Notes: generated from the letters alone by a model not told the origin. A stretch of DNA of 64,000 bases from Promethearchaeota archaeon (GCA_014728035.1 WJMJ01000128.1:16139-80138); one strand, 5' to 3'; shown: positions 20,557-30,924, counted from the stretch's first letter. Translations and numbers: made by a program.

Positions 20557-21337
20557 GACGTTCCTCCAACATCTTTTCTCGTTCTTCTCGTAAGACCTCA
20601 AGAATTTTGGAACGATAAGTAAGACATTCTGCAGATGTCCGATCACGAGGCTTAGGAATATCAATAGTATATTCTGCAATGATTTTCGCAGGGATATTGC
20701 TCATGATAATAATGCGATCTGACAAAAACACGGTCTCATCTACATTATGAGAAACAAAGAGAACAGTAGAATTAGTACGTTCTCGAATTCGCAACAACTC
20801 TTCCTGTAGAAAGTTTCTAGTTTGAGCATCTAAGTTTGACAAGGGTTCATCAGCAACTAAAATGTCGGGAGATGTGATCAAGCTTCGAGCCATTTCGGTC
20901 TTTCGGGCTTGTCCACCAGAAATCTCGTGGGGGAGATTGTCTTGATATTCTGTCATGCCGATTAGTTCCAACATCGAATCGGAAAGTTTACTTCTTTTTT
21001 CGGGGGTTATTCCCTGCAATTCAAGACCGAACTCGATATTTCCACGTACCGTTCGCCACGGGAAGAGAGATTCTTGCTGAAAAATGAAGCCGATTCGATT
21101 ATGACCCAGACTGACCTTAGTTCCATCAATTAGAATTTCACCCTTTGAAAAACGTAAAAGTCCAGCAATAATCCGTAACAAGGTGGTCTTACCACACCCA
21201 CTTGGTCCGAGAATACTTACGAACTCACCCTCAGCAATTTCAAAACTTATTGAATCAAGAACCTTAACCAATTCACCATCATCAGCTTCAAAGGTCTTTG
21301 AAAGATTTCGAATTGCAAGTTTTGACAGTGCTTTCAC
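20528..21337 (-). CDS. ABC transporter ATP-binding protein (SsuB/TauB-like)
   Basis: GPSGCGKTT, ISGGQ, ADEPLSNLD, LFPWRTV, VSHN. Confidence 0.93.
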   Translation of the reverse strand: MKALSKLAIRNLSKTFEADDGELVKVLDSISFEIAEGEFVSILGPSGCGKTTLLRIIAGLLRFSKGEILIDGTKVSLGHNRIGFIFQQESLFPWRTVRGNIEFGLELQGITPEKRSKLSDSMLELIGMTEYQDNLPHEISGGQARKTEMARSLITSPDILVADEPLSNLDAQTRNFLQEELLRIRERTNSTVLFVSHNVDETVFLSDRIIIMSNIPAKIIAEYTIDIPKPRDRTSAECLTYRSKILEVLREEREKMLEERPTQKHPASI

Positions 21338-21512
21338 CTATCTAATACTGACTAAGGCTCAGTTAAATACTGTATTGTCCTAACAAAATTCAAGTTCCCT
21401 CAGAACAAAGTAGAAAAGGACTCCCTTCATTGAGAGAATAATTAATACTGCATATTGGTAAGAACATCAGGTCCAATTATTAGCAGATTGAGTATATGAT
21501 TGAGGTATTGAA

Positions 21513-23828
21513 GTGACATCGCCCAAAATATTATCCGAAATTTCTGACGACTTAAGTACAAGCGCGATTGCAGTAGGAGATGTAACCGGTTCGGGTGAGC
21601 CGGAACTCTGTACTGGAGGACGTGATGGTGTATTACGTCTCTATAGCACAAATCATAGTTCGTATAAATTTCTAGCTCAACTGGACCTATCAGGAAGCAT
21701 TCTATCTATCAAGATTGCAGATGCAAATAATGATGGACAAAACGAAATTGTGATTGGTAGAAGTGTAGGGATTGGAGAAACACCAGGAGCAACTGGAACA
21801 GTTCAGATATACAGATACGCTCCAAGCGGGCAATTTGAACTATTGGCAGAACATGCTATTGATAGATTTGTTACCACTGTTGTAGTTACTGATGTCACAG
21901 GTGATGACAAAAACGAGATTGTTGCAGGAGGAAGTGATTCCACCCTCAGAGTTCTGAGAATGTCGCCTGAAAATCAATTATCTGAATATGCAAAATACCA
22001 ACTTGATGACATGCCGATTGCCATTGGTACTTGCGATGTGATTGGTGACGAGATTGATGAGATGGTCACTGGTAACCGTGATAAGACTCTGCGTGTATTC
22101 AAACTTCGAGAGGGTGTCATTGAGCAAATAGAAGTTCTTGAACTTCCCAGTCCAGTTATCTCAGTCACCTCAGGAGACATCCTGGGAGACCGAAAGATGG
22201 AACTTGGTGTTGTTACTCATGATGGCTCAATCAGAATTTACAGAAATGAAGAGAGTAAGCTTGACCTCTTCTCCACACTCGAGGATGTGAAAGCATTATC
22301 GATTAGAATGGAAGAGATAAATGCAGACCATATGGATGAGGTCATAATAGCTACTTCTGATATGAAAATCAATTTTTACAATCTGTATATGGCAGATCTG
22401 AACCTTGTAGCATCTGTAGATATAGACTCGAAAATACTAGCTCTAAGTGTAGGAGATTCGAGAGGGGATGAGCGGAAAGAGGTGCTTGTAGGAGTATCAA
22501 ATGGTCCATTGAAAATAATAGAGGGCCTCTACAAAGTTATTCCGAGTTTTGATATTCCACATTCCGCAAAAATTGGTAGTCCAATTATTGCCAAAGCAAC
22601 ACTAGAGAATGTCACAGACCAACCAATGACAGGAATCGCTGGGAAGATATACTGGTTTCCAAAAGATCACATGGAAATTTCAAATCAACAATTGCGATTC
22701 GACCTTGAACCAGGTGAGAAGAAAACCGTTGAAGTGAAACTCCTTCCAAAGAAAGAAGGTAGTGTCATCATTCGACCAGTCGTTCTGATGTGGAAAGACG
22801 ATCAAGAGAAAGTCAATCAAGTTACAACTCCAGAAACTGTTCTTCTGATAGAGAAAGGGGATGGAGAAGCTTTCATGACATCACTTGAGGAAGAAAGTTC
22901 AGAACCTGTCGAGTCAGTAGATTCTACACGAACTGAAACAGCCACTAAATTCACACCTGCAGAAGGAACTGGATTTAGTTCGATTCCAGACTCTGAAATA
23001 GCACAGATTACTTCACAAAAGAGTAGTCCTCAAGATTCGCTCAAGGAAGCTGAAGCTCTTTTGGATCAGTTATTTGGTGGTGAATCAGACGCGAAAGCGG
23101 CATTAGAGGACGTAAAATCCATGATGGGGTCAGAAACAGCTACCGAATCTGTTTCTACAACACCTGAAGATACCACGGAGCCAGAAGCCACGGAAGTTGA
23201 ATCTGATCTGGTCACCGAAATTCGGACCCGAAAACCAAAACCAACACGCCCCAATGCTTCAGCCGATGCCTATTCATACCTATTCAAGACCATGGTTATT
23301 GGTGAGGGTGCTGTTGGAAAGACAACACTGGTAAACCGTTATGTAACTGGTGTATTCGAACGAGATTACAAGACAACCATAGGATCACAATTTGCTGTTA
23401 AGCTAACGCATATCTCACCACCATCCAGCGAATATGCAGTTGGTATCAAGATACAAGCATGGGACGTTGCAGGACAAGCTAGATTCAAAGCTGTTAGGAA
23501 GATGTACTATTCTGGAGCAGCAGGGGTTATTTTGGTTTTTGATGTCACAAGACGCAGATCTTTCAAAGAGTTGCATAAATGGATAGAAGAAGCTGATTCT
23601 TCAATTGGAACCCGTGTCCCAATGATATGTGTAGGAAACAAAATTGACCTTCCAGATAGAGCAGTCAGTTCAGAAGAAGCCAAAAAGTGGGCTGAGGACC
23701 AAGGATTCCTCTACATGGAAAGCTCAGCAAAGACTGGGGAAGGTGTTGCTGACATGTTCACAGTTCTAGCAGAATTGATGTGGCGTGAAGCAAAGAAGAA
23801 TGCAGAGGCGAAAAAGAAGGGAATGTAG
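21513..23828 (+). CDS. FG-GAP/BBS2-like beta-propeller + Ig-like domain + acidic linker + Rab-like small GTPase fusion
   Basis: About seven repeats of the type D(V/I)xGDxxxE(I/L)VxGxxDxxLR; Ig sandwich; GTPase motifs GEGAVGKT, TTIGSQF, WDVAGQ, NKID, SSAK. Confidence 0.88.
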   Translation: MTSPKILSEISDDLSTSAIAVGDVTGSGEPELCTGGRDGVLRLYSTNHSSYKFLAQLDLSGSILSIKIADANNDGQNEIVIGRSVGIGETPGATGTVQIYRYAPSGQFELLAEHAIDRFVTTVVVTDVTGDDKNEIVAGGSDSTLRVLRMSPENQLSEYAKYQLDDMPIAIGTCDVIGDEIDEMVTGNRDKTLRVFKLREGVIEQIEVLELPSPVISVTSGDILGDRKMELGVVTHDGSIRIYRNEESKLDLFSTLEDVKALSIRMEEINADHMDEVIIATSDMKINFYNLYMADLNLVASVDIDSKILALSVGDSRGDERKEVLVGVSNGPLKIIEGLYKVIPSFDIPHSAKIGSPIIAKATLENVTDQPMTGIAGKIYWFPKDHMEISNQQLRFDLEPGEKKTVEVKLLPKKEGSVIIRPVVLMWKDDQEKVNQVTTPETVLLIEKGDGEAFMTSLEEESSEPVESVDSTRTETATKFTPAEGTGFSSIPDSEIAQITSQKSSPQDSLKEAEALLDQLFGGESDAKAALEDVKSMMGSETATESVSTTPEDTTEPEATEVESDLVTEIRTRKPKPTRPNASADAYSYLFKTMVIGEGAVGKTTLVNRYVTGVFERDYKTTIGSQFAVKLTHISPPSSEYAVGIKIQAWDVAGQARFKAVRKMYYSGAAGVILVFDVTRRRSFKELHKWIEEADSSIGTRVPMICVGNKIDLPDRAVSSEEAKKWAEDQGFLYMESSAKTGEGVADMFTVLAELMWREAKKNAEAKKKGM

Positions 23829-23830
23829 GA

Positions 23831-24430
23831 CTATTGAGTTGTTTGAGAAACTCCTATATCAAAGGCTTCAAGATTTTTTTCACTTGACCCTAAAACGTTA
23901 ATGAGCGCAGCTCTAATAGAATCAATGGAGAGGGGGGAAATTCTCATACCGGCCATCACACCAATAAGGAGTACATTAAGAGAACGAAAAGCATCGATAG
24001 ACCGAAGAATCTTATCTGTATCGATAGCAATCACTTTCATGCAAATTTTTTGGTGAATTGCAACAATACGTTCAACATCAGGATAGTGTTCAGTGCCTCT
24101 ATGTACATTGCTTGAATAGATAGGGGTTTTACTCAGAATCGCAATAGTATCAGACCCTGCGAATTTCACAGATGCTCGAAGAGATTCTATCGGTTCCAAA
24201 CCAATCAAAAGATTGAGTGTTCCCTTGGGAACTAAAGGACTTGCATCTTTATCCCAAACTCGGATATGAGTGAAAACAGATCCACCTCTTCTTGATGCAC
24301 CAAAGGTTTCCCCTACAACAGGACGTAACTCTTCAAGCTGAACAGCTTTTGCAAGTACTCTTCCAGCAATAACATTGCCTTGCCCACCAACACCAGCGAA
24401 TATGATGTTATATGGATAATCCATATTCAT
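23831..24430 (-). CDS. iorB: Indolepyruvate:ferredoxin oxidoreductase beta subunit
   Basis: AGVGGQG, GASRRGGSV, GLEPIE. Confidence 0.88.
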   Translation of the reverse strand: MNMDYPYNIIFAGVGGQGNVIAGRVLAKAVQLEELRPVVGETFGASRRGGSVFTHIRVWDKDASPLVPKGTLNLLIGLEPIESLRASVKFAGSDTIAILSKTPIYSSNVHRGTEHYPDVERIVAIHQKICMKVIAIDTDKILRSIDAFRSLNVLLIGVMAGMRISPLSIDSIRAALINVLGSSEKNLEAFDIGVSQTTQ

Positions 24431-26280
24431 TCCTCCTCAATAGCCCCATGAGGACAAACTGATATACAAGACCCACATCTCACACATTGATACTGCAGAA
24501 TTTCTGCTTTCTCGGTTTGCTTGTTCCAAGTGATTGCAGTACAACCATAATCGCGAACACAAATTTTACAATCAGTACCACGACATAATTCAGATTTTAC
24601 TATAATACGCGATGCATCACCTTGTTTCTGCCTACGTTTTTCTTCGAGCCTGCAAACCCCATCTAATAGGAGTACCTTTAGTCCAGACTCCTTTATAGTT
24701 GAATAGATCAAATCAGTTAGCTGAGACACATCGGTTGAATCTATCCTTGTAAATACATCTGGTTTAATACTTTGAACAATATCCGGAATTCTGACCATGT
24801 GCTTCATTTCGCCGATTTTCATGGAACCAGGATGCGATTGAAACCCTGTCATTGCGGTAGTAGCATTGTTCAGAATAAGAAAAGTCAAATCAGCATTATG
24901 ATGACGGGCATCAATAAGAGCAGGAATACAGGCGTGAAAGAAGGTCGAATCTCCTGCCACTGAAACCACTTTTGATTCAAGTCCAAACTTAGAAAGCTGT
25001 CCAATGCCACTAGCTGTTCCAATTCCTGATCCCATTGCTTGCATTGACTCCAAAACATCATTATAGAACACCCCCAAAGAATAACATCCAATATCTCCGG
25101 TTACTATCAGATTTCCTTTCAACCTTTTTCGAACTCGACTTAAGGCATAGAATACATTTCTATGAGTGCATCCTGCACAAAATGTTAAGGGTCGGGATAT
25201 CAGATGTTTTTCAGCATCATGGATACCTTCAGGCATTGTAGGCTGTTTCATTAATGTGACAAACTCACGTAGAGATTCTAATACAACATCTACATTCATC
25301 TCACCATGAGCTGGAACGAGATTGGTTCGTTTCCCCTCAATTCTACAAGTATGATCTTGAGTTGAAGCTATTGCACGGAATTCATCCTCAACAAAAGAAT
25401 CAGTTTCTTCGAAGAAGATGATAGTCTTTGCTTCTTCTAGTGCTTGTCTAACAAGTTTATCAGGAAGAGGAAAAGTTGTAACAAGACCTAGGAGGGACAC
25501 TGCTTCTTCAATATACAATTGTGCTTCTTCAACGTATTTTTGGCAGACACCTGTGGAAATAATTACTATATCATTCCAGTCAATAGGAATGGTATTGAGA
25601 GTGAAAGAGTTGAATTGCTCTCGTATTTTTTCAATTCGCCCCAGTAAGTCGAGATGGCGAAGGTCCGGGTGAGGTACATTGTAGAGACCTTTTGGTAAAT
25701 TCTGATGGGCAATCCATTTTCCACTGGAGATGTTTTCTGTTTTAACTAATGCGCTGGAATGAGATAATCTAGTTGTACTGCGAATTAGAACTGGGATTTG
25801 GAAATCTTGGGAGAGTTTCAGTGCAAAGTCCATGACGTCGTACGCTTCCTGTGGAGTACTTGGTTCTAGTAATGGAATATTAGCAGCTTTTGCGTAGAAA
25901 CGGGAGTCCTGTTCATTACTAGAACTATGTCCCTTCGGATCATCACAGACAATTATTACGAGCCCACCAGTTCCAGTGCCGGAGAGATTTAGATTTAATA
26001 GAAAATCTGAAGCCACATTTAGCCCCAATGATTTCATTACACAGACTGATGGGATACCCATCCAGCTTGCTCCAGCAGCTGCTTCCAAAGCGACTTTTTC
26101 GTTCACTGCCCATTCAATGATGTTGTTTGTTTTTGATTGGTAAAGCATAAGGGTCTCAATAATCTCTGTCGAGGGAGTCCCAGGATATCCAGTACAGAAA
26201 CCTATTCCTGCTGAAATAGATCCTCTTGCAAAAGCGATATTCCCACTCATTAACTGCTCAGATTTGAGACCTGAATCCAT
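24427..26280 (-). CDS. iorA: Indolepyruvate:ferredoxin oxidoreductase alpha subunit
   Basis: GYPGTPSTE, NEKVALE, SSSNEQDSR, FCAGCTH, GDIGCY, GDSTFFH, C-terminal ferredoxin; start about 26280. Confidence 0.93.
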   Translation of the reverse strand: MDSGLKSEQLMSGNIAFARGSISAGIGFCTGYPGTPSTEIIETLMLYQSKTNNIIEWAVNEKVALEAAAGASWMGIPSVCVMKSLGLNVASDFLLNLNLSGTGTGGLVIIVCDDPKGHSSSNEQDSRFYAKAANIPLLEPSTPQEAYDVMDFALKLSQDFQIPVLIRSTTRLSHSSALVKTENISSGKWIAHQNLPKGLYNVPHPDLRHLDLLGRIEKIREQFNSFTLNTIPIDWNDIVIISTGVCQKYVEEAQLYIEEAVSLLGLVTTFPLPDKLVRQALEEAKTIIFFEETDSFVEDEFRAIASTQDHTCRIEGKRTNLVPAHGEMNVDVVLESLREFVTLMKQPTMPEGIHDAEKHLISRPLTFCAGCTHRNVFYALSRVRKRLKGNLIVTGDIGCYSLGVFYNDVLESMQAMGSGIGTASGIGQLSKFGLESKVVSVAGDSTFFHACIPALIDARHHNADLTFLILNNATTAMTGFQSHPGSMKIGEMKHMVRIPDIVQSIKPDVFTRIDSTDVSQLTDLIYSTIKESGLKVLLLDGVCRLEEKRRQKQGDASRIIVKSELCRGTDCKICVRDYGCTAITWNKQTEKAEILQYQCVRCGSCISVCPHGAIEEE

Positions 26281-26393
26281 AGTAACCGAACTCACCATCC
26301 CAAAGATAAAGCAATAGAAAACAGTTTCCATTAACATAATTCCTGAGTGAAAACAATGAAAAAGGGTTGTGAATACTAGAAATTCGAATAACC

Positions 26394-27467
26394 ATGAGTA
26401 AAAAAGGAGAGGCACGAGGTAAAAAACTCACATCCGTGTTCTCAATTTCACACGATAAAGACGTGGATGGGTTATGTGCTGCAGCAATTGTTGCTAGATA
26501 TGCAAAACAGAAAAACCTCGAATTCGATGTACTCCTAACAGATTACGGATCATTCGAATATGCATTCTCGAAAGTAGCAGGATTGCGGGATACACTTATT
26601 GTAGTTACTGATCTCGGATTAGATGAGAACTATTTGGACGCTGTTGAGAAGGGCTTAAGCAGGGCGATTTCCCAGAATTGTAGAGTAGTATGGCTGGATC
26701 ACCACGAGTGGTCAAAAGAAGCTATCAAGACAATTATTCAATTAGAACGGAAGCCAATTGTGAAAATCAATCACGATTTCTGTGCAGCGGAGATAGTATA
26801 CAAAGTATTGATGCCTAGAGACCTCATCAGTGGAGAACTGGCTGCAATTGCTCATGATACTGATTTCAATGAAAGGAAGATACTAGCCGCAAATGCTTTG
26901 ACTGATGCGGTATCAGTGATTAGATTTAGTGCGATTGACAAAAGACATGATATCACTGATTCACTCAAACCCCTGTTATTTGCATTAAGTGAAAATGGAA
27001 TTGCAGGAGTATGGGACTCGAAACGCAAGAAATTACGAGATAACCTTCTCGCAAAACAAGTGCATCATTATAGAAAAGACAAAGCAAAGAAAATGAAGAA
27101 AGCCTTTGCAGGCCATTGTGATCAAGAGATTAAAGAACTCTTAGTTAGAATTGTAGAGATTCCCTCAGGAGTCACAACAACAGATTTTGGCACATACCTA
27201 GCAAATCCAGATAATTTGGAAATCGATGGCAAAAAATACAAGCCAGCAGACCTTTTAATTACACTTAGTCAAGGTGGAATGTTAGGATTTAGAAGAAGTG
27301 GAGAAAAAGCACTTTGCAATGCAGCTGCAAAAATCTTCAAAGGTGGTGGCCATCCGTACGCAGCCGGAGGAGAATACGGGCTCTACGATGATTTTGGTGC
27401 GGTTTGTGCGGATATCTTCAACACCCTTAGCAAAGACACTTCTTGGATTACAGAAGAATCAGGATAA
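26394..27467 (+). CDS. DHH family phosphoesterase (DHHA1 domain)
   Basis: HDKDVDG, TD, LDHH, GGGHPYAAG. Confidence 0.88.
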   Translation: MSKKGEARGKKLTSVFSISHDKDVDGLCAAAIVARYAKQKNLEFDVLLTDYGSFEYAFSKVAGLRDTLIVVTDLGLDENYLDAVEKGLSRAISQNCRVVWLDHHEWSKEAIKTIIQLERKPIVKINHDFCAAEIVYKVLMPRDLISGELAAIAHDTDFNERKILAANALTDAVSVIRFSAIDKRHDITDSLKPLLFALSENGIAGVWDSKRKKLRDNLLAKQVHHYRKDKAKKMKKAFAGHCDQEIKELLVRIVEIPSGVTTTDFGTYLANPDNLEIDGKKYKPADLLITLSQGGMLGFRRSGEKALCNAAAKIFKGGGHPYAAGGEYGLYDDFGAVCADIFNTLSKDTSWITEESG

Positions 27468-27476
27468 TAATCAGTT

Positions 27477-28415
27477 TCACAATAGGTCAATAGGTTCAGA
27501 TTCTTCCCATAGACGGTCAAAAGTCATAGATGCGGCTTTAATAAGTGGATAATTTGTTTCTTTAGTGATGAATACACCCGCATCTGGTTTGACCTTGTCA
27601 CTGAGAAGCAACATCATTTTGGAGTCGTTCCAAATTATTGCACGATATGTTCTAATGGGTTTTGGATGAAGTCGAATCTGCAATTTTCCAGAACGAATTT
27701 GCTTTTCTAATGAAATCGGATTGGACTTGGTGATTTTTTTGACCGATTCCAAGAGATTGGTTTTCTCATCGGGTGGACAAAGAAACACTCTGATATCAAC
27801 ACCACGTTCAGCAGCTTTTATGAGCTGCCTTTGTATCGGGCTATATTCGATAGACTGTTGAACGAAACTCCGATGGCCAAATACTCTTAGAATATCATCT
27901 TGTTTTGCAGGTTCTATTATCCCTACTATGATTGCGTTGCTAACTCCAACAATTCCATCAATGCCCCCAGGTGAAATATATTCAGAACCCGATAAGTACG
28001 AGTAAAATTTTCGAGCTAGTAATAAGGGATTTACTGTTCTAAGATGGGCAATTTTCATTTTTAATCCTTGAATTGCAGTATCCTGTTCAAGAATCTTGAT
28101 TTTGGATGCCTGACCAAGTGCATCTGCAATAATGTCTAGAGTGACAGAATATTTGTATGGACGTCCAAGACTATCTTTGTGAACGAAACCACGATCTACA
28201 AGACTATTCAAACAGTTCCGTACCCATCCACGAGTAAAGGGTGTATTTCCTTCTCTTTCACGTGTGCTATTGATATACTCTAGAATTTCTTTAAAGACCA
28301 AGGGTCTGTTTGTATTTCGAGATAGTTCTAATATTCTTCGTAAAACTTGAATTTCCCGAGAGGTTTCCTTCGCATCTAGAATCGCCAGCAAGTGTTTGGC
28401 TGTTTCTGGTTTCAT
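27477..28415 (-). CDS. TrmB-like regulator (wHTH + coiled coil + PLD-like effector domain)
   Basis: wHTH (TRGWVRNCLNSLVDRGFV...PYKYS); AAERGVDIRVF; IIWNDSKMML; FDRLWEES. Confidence 0.75.
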   Translation of the reverse strand: MKPETAKHLLAILDAKETSREIQVLRRILELSRNTNRPLVFKEILEYINSTREREGNTPFTRGWVRNCLNSLVDRGFVHKDSLGRPYKYSVTLDIIADALGQASKIKILEQDTAIQGLKMKIAHLRTVNPLLLARKFYSYLSGSEYISPGGIDGIVGVSNAIIVGIIEPAKQDDILRVFGHRSFVQQSIEYSPIQRQLIKAAERGVDIRVFLCPPDEKTNLLESVKKITKSNPISLEKQIRSGKLQIRLHPKPIRTYRAIIWNDSKMMLLLSDKVKPDAGVFITKETNYPLIKAASMTFDRLWEESEPIDLL

Positions 28416-29299
28416 GGTAACACCTCTATTGTCAAAGAGGCATCAAAAAATTCTCTATCAAAAGTACGAAGTGCATCTAATATTATAACATGATTCAAAT
28501 AATGTGGAATATATGATGCAGACAACGGTTCCTCCGATGTGACCATTATCAGACTATTATCATTTAGACTCACAAATTGATACGTTGCATGAGTATGGAT
28601 TCTTCTTCGAAACCATATTTTTTCTCTGTCACTAAGACCCCTTATATTCTCCAAAAGAGAAGACGGCACTTTCCAATCATGAGGCACTAATACTCGAAGT
28701 TCCACACCAGCGCTAGTTAATTCTTGAATGTTCTCAATGTCTAATAGAACACAATCCATTTCAGTTCCGCCCCATCCCAATGACATTCGAATAGTATCAG
28801 CATTTCCTGCAACATTAAAGACTTCACTAGAAATTAGACGTAGAATACTTTGCGCTCCAAGAGCAAATCGTGATTTTCTCTTTTGTTTTTCACCAGTTAG
28901 AATCTCAATAAGATACTGAGCTAGTATAGTTGTATCTACTTGTTTCAACTCTTTTTGAGATTGCTCAATTGATCTAAGTTCTGCTCTTAATCTGTTGATT
29001 GACTCAGGTAAACGCTCTCTCAAAACCCGGTCAAGATGATCAAATCCAGTATTGTAGATGTGCTTATAGCCAGATTCATCGATGGTCACCAATCCAATCT
29101 TTTGTAGTTCACTCAGTCCACGATAAACCAAAGACTCGTTTGCTTTTTTTCCACGAAGAAGATGCAATTTACTCATAATATCATTAAAAGTTGAACCAGT
29201 CAATCCTTGTGTTTGGATTATAGCAGTTAGAATATCAATATTAACCGAGTTCAAATCAATACCCAGAAATTCTAACACAGCTTCGTCATTTTGAAACAT
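28412..29299 (-). CDS. TrmB-like regulator (wHTH + coiled coil + PLD-like effector domain)
   Basis: ESLVYRGLSELQKIGLV...YKHIY; AGVELRVLV; FDREFFDA; 4-bp overlap with the next gene. Confidence 0.75.
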   Translation of the reverse strand: MFQNDEAVLEFLGIDLNSVNIDILTAIIQTQGLTGSTFNDIMSKLHLLRGKKANESLVYRGLSELQKIGLVTIDESGYKHIYNTGFDHLDRVLRERLPESINRLRAELRSIEQSQKELKQVDTTILAQYLIEILTGEKQKRKSRFALGAQSILRLISSEVFNVAGNADTIRMSLGWGGTEMDCVLLDIENIQELTSAGVELRVLVPHDWKVPSSLLENIRGLSDREKIWFRRRIHTHATYQFVSLNDNSLIMVTSEEPLSASYIPHYLNHVIILDALRTFDREFFDASLTIEVLP

Positions 29300-29315
29300 A
29301 TATGTTCACAAATCC

Positions 29316-29621
29316 TTACCAATAGATCTTCCAAAGGTCTGAGAGAACAATGCCGCCTATGATAGCCGTTTTCTGCAAATGTTTGACCTTCTTCTGCATC
29401 ATTAAGAACGTGGTATTCCGATTCACATAGGATTCTGAATAATCTCGGGTTGTATCACCTTTAACTAGTTCACAGGAAATCGCTCTATATGAAAAAGGAG
29501 CACATGGATACTGTTGAATTGAAAGCATTCCTTTTAGCAATGGCATTTCGCTAGAATCAGGATTGATGTCAATACATATCTTTGAATATTCTAAATGCTT
29601 TTGCGTGTATTTCTTAAGCAT
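29316..29621 (-). pseudogene. Truncated/degenerate wHTH-only paralog of the flanking TrmB-like genes
   Basis: SD GGAG upstream; CIDINPDSSEMPLLKGML...SESYVNR aligns with neighbours (GIDLN...ESLVYR; PSSEMLILQAIL); ends at 101 aa. Confidence 0.5.
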
Positions 29622-29662
29622 GATGAATTACTCCTTTTGAAGAATCGATTTACTTTTTGTTC

Positions 29663-30736
29663 TTACTCTCCATGATTGCTCTGCTTTTCTCTAATATCTT
29701 CAATCGCGTCACTAAGTAGTCTTGAAACCTGAGTGTCATACTTGTTAAGAATCTCGGGTGTTAAGTCAAGAAGAGGAATTGCCTGTACCCATTCCTTGTC
29801 AAAAGCTTCACAAACATTGTCTATCATATCCGGATTGAAATCCCTACTGACATATATCGCCGTCATTGGATTTTCTGTGATAATTAGAACCATTTGTTCA
29901 GAACCTATTGTAAGATGACTATATGTTCTCGGCCCTTCGTAAAGACGAACAGTAAAAGGAATACCTTGTTTTCGGAAGCCATCTAGGACTTGTAACATCT
30001 GTTTGAAAAAATCAACTGGAAAACCAGACTTCTCGATATCATCAATTTCAAGTAATTCGGGACCAACGAGATATTGAATCTCGATTCCTTTCATTGCAGT
30101 CCTAAGAAACTTCTGCATACGATTTTCAACATGGTCATCCAATGTTGACTGGACCCATTGGAGGATTACTCTTATCTTAGAGTTAGGATCAGCAGATGTT
30201 TCCATTAAATCATTCAAAACTATGTGAATCTCGTTGAGCCCTTTTAGAAAACGTGCCTTTACTGTAGGGCGTTCGTCTGAGTATGTTTCGAACAACTGCT
30301 GTGCAAGTTGACTACAATTTAGCTTAGAGAGAATTTCTAATCGGTCTTCAAGGTATTCTTTTTGCTCTTCAATCTCTTGAATTTGGTTTTTCCGAATTGC
30401 TTCGAGGCCAGAAATAACCGTATTGATATCTGCGGTGTAGTGTTTTCTATAAGACCCTTCAGTCACTGTCTTGATTAACCCTGTAGTCTCGAGTTTCTTC
30501 AGTAGTCTTTGTACCCATGGTCTTGTAAGACTTGCACCAAAGGAAGTAACAAGTGTACTATAGATTTCTTTAGAAGTCAAAGAGGTGTTTCCTTGGCTTA
30601 AGGATTGTAAAATTGCTTGTAGAATCAACATTTCTGAACTAGGTTTTTCATCATCAACTAATCCAAGAATACTGAGTGATTCCTTAAAGTCTTCAAAAGT
30701 CAATATATCCATGCCCTTTGTTACTATTTTTTCCAA
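29663..30736 (-). CDS. TrmB-like regulator (wHTH + coiled coil + PLD-like effector domain)
   Basis: LTRPWVQRLLKKLETTGLI...YRKHYTA; coiled coil; KGIEIQYLV; AFDKEWVQA. Alternative start at 30712. Confidence 0.75.
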   Translation of the reverse strand: MEKIVTKGMDILTFEDFKESLSILGLVDDEKPSSEMLILQAILQSLSQGNTSLTSKEIYSTLVTSFGASLTRPWVQRLLKKLETTGLIKTVTEGSYRKHYTADINTVISGLEAIRKNQIQEIEEQKEYLEDRLEILSKLNCSQLAQQLFETYSDERPTVKARFLKGLNEIHIVLNDLMETSADPNSKIRVILQWVQSTLDDHVENRMQKFLRTAMKGIEIQYLVGPELLEIDDIEKSGFPVDFFKQMLQVLDGFRKQGIPFTVRLYEGPRTYSHLTIGSEQMVLIITENPMTAIYVSRDFNPDMIDNVCEAFDKEWVQAIPLLDLTPEILNKYDTQVSRLLSDAIEDIREKQSNHGE

Positions 30737-30924
30737 GTAATGATTCCCAATATCCTTGTGATTTGAGACGTCTTTCTTACTTCATGACTGTATACAAACA
30801 CAGTATTTATAGAGATATGTATATCATCTAAGTATGTCGGGTCTAGCCGACACCAATCATATCCGAAAAAATGAATTTCTTCGTGTTATGATTGCACGGC
30901 ATGTTACGGCGGAAAAATCCGTCA

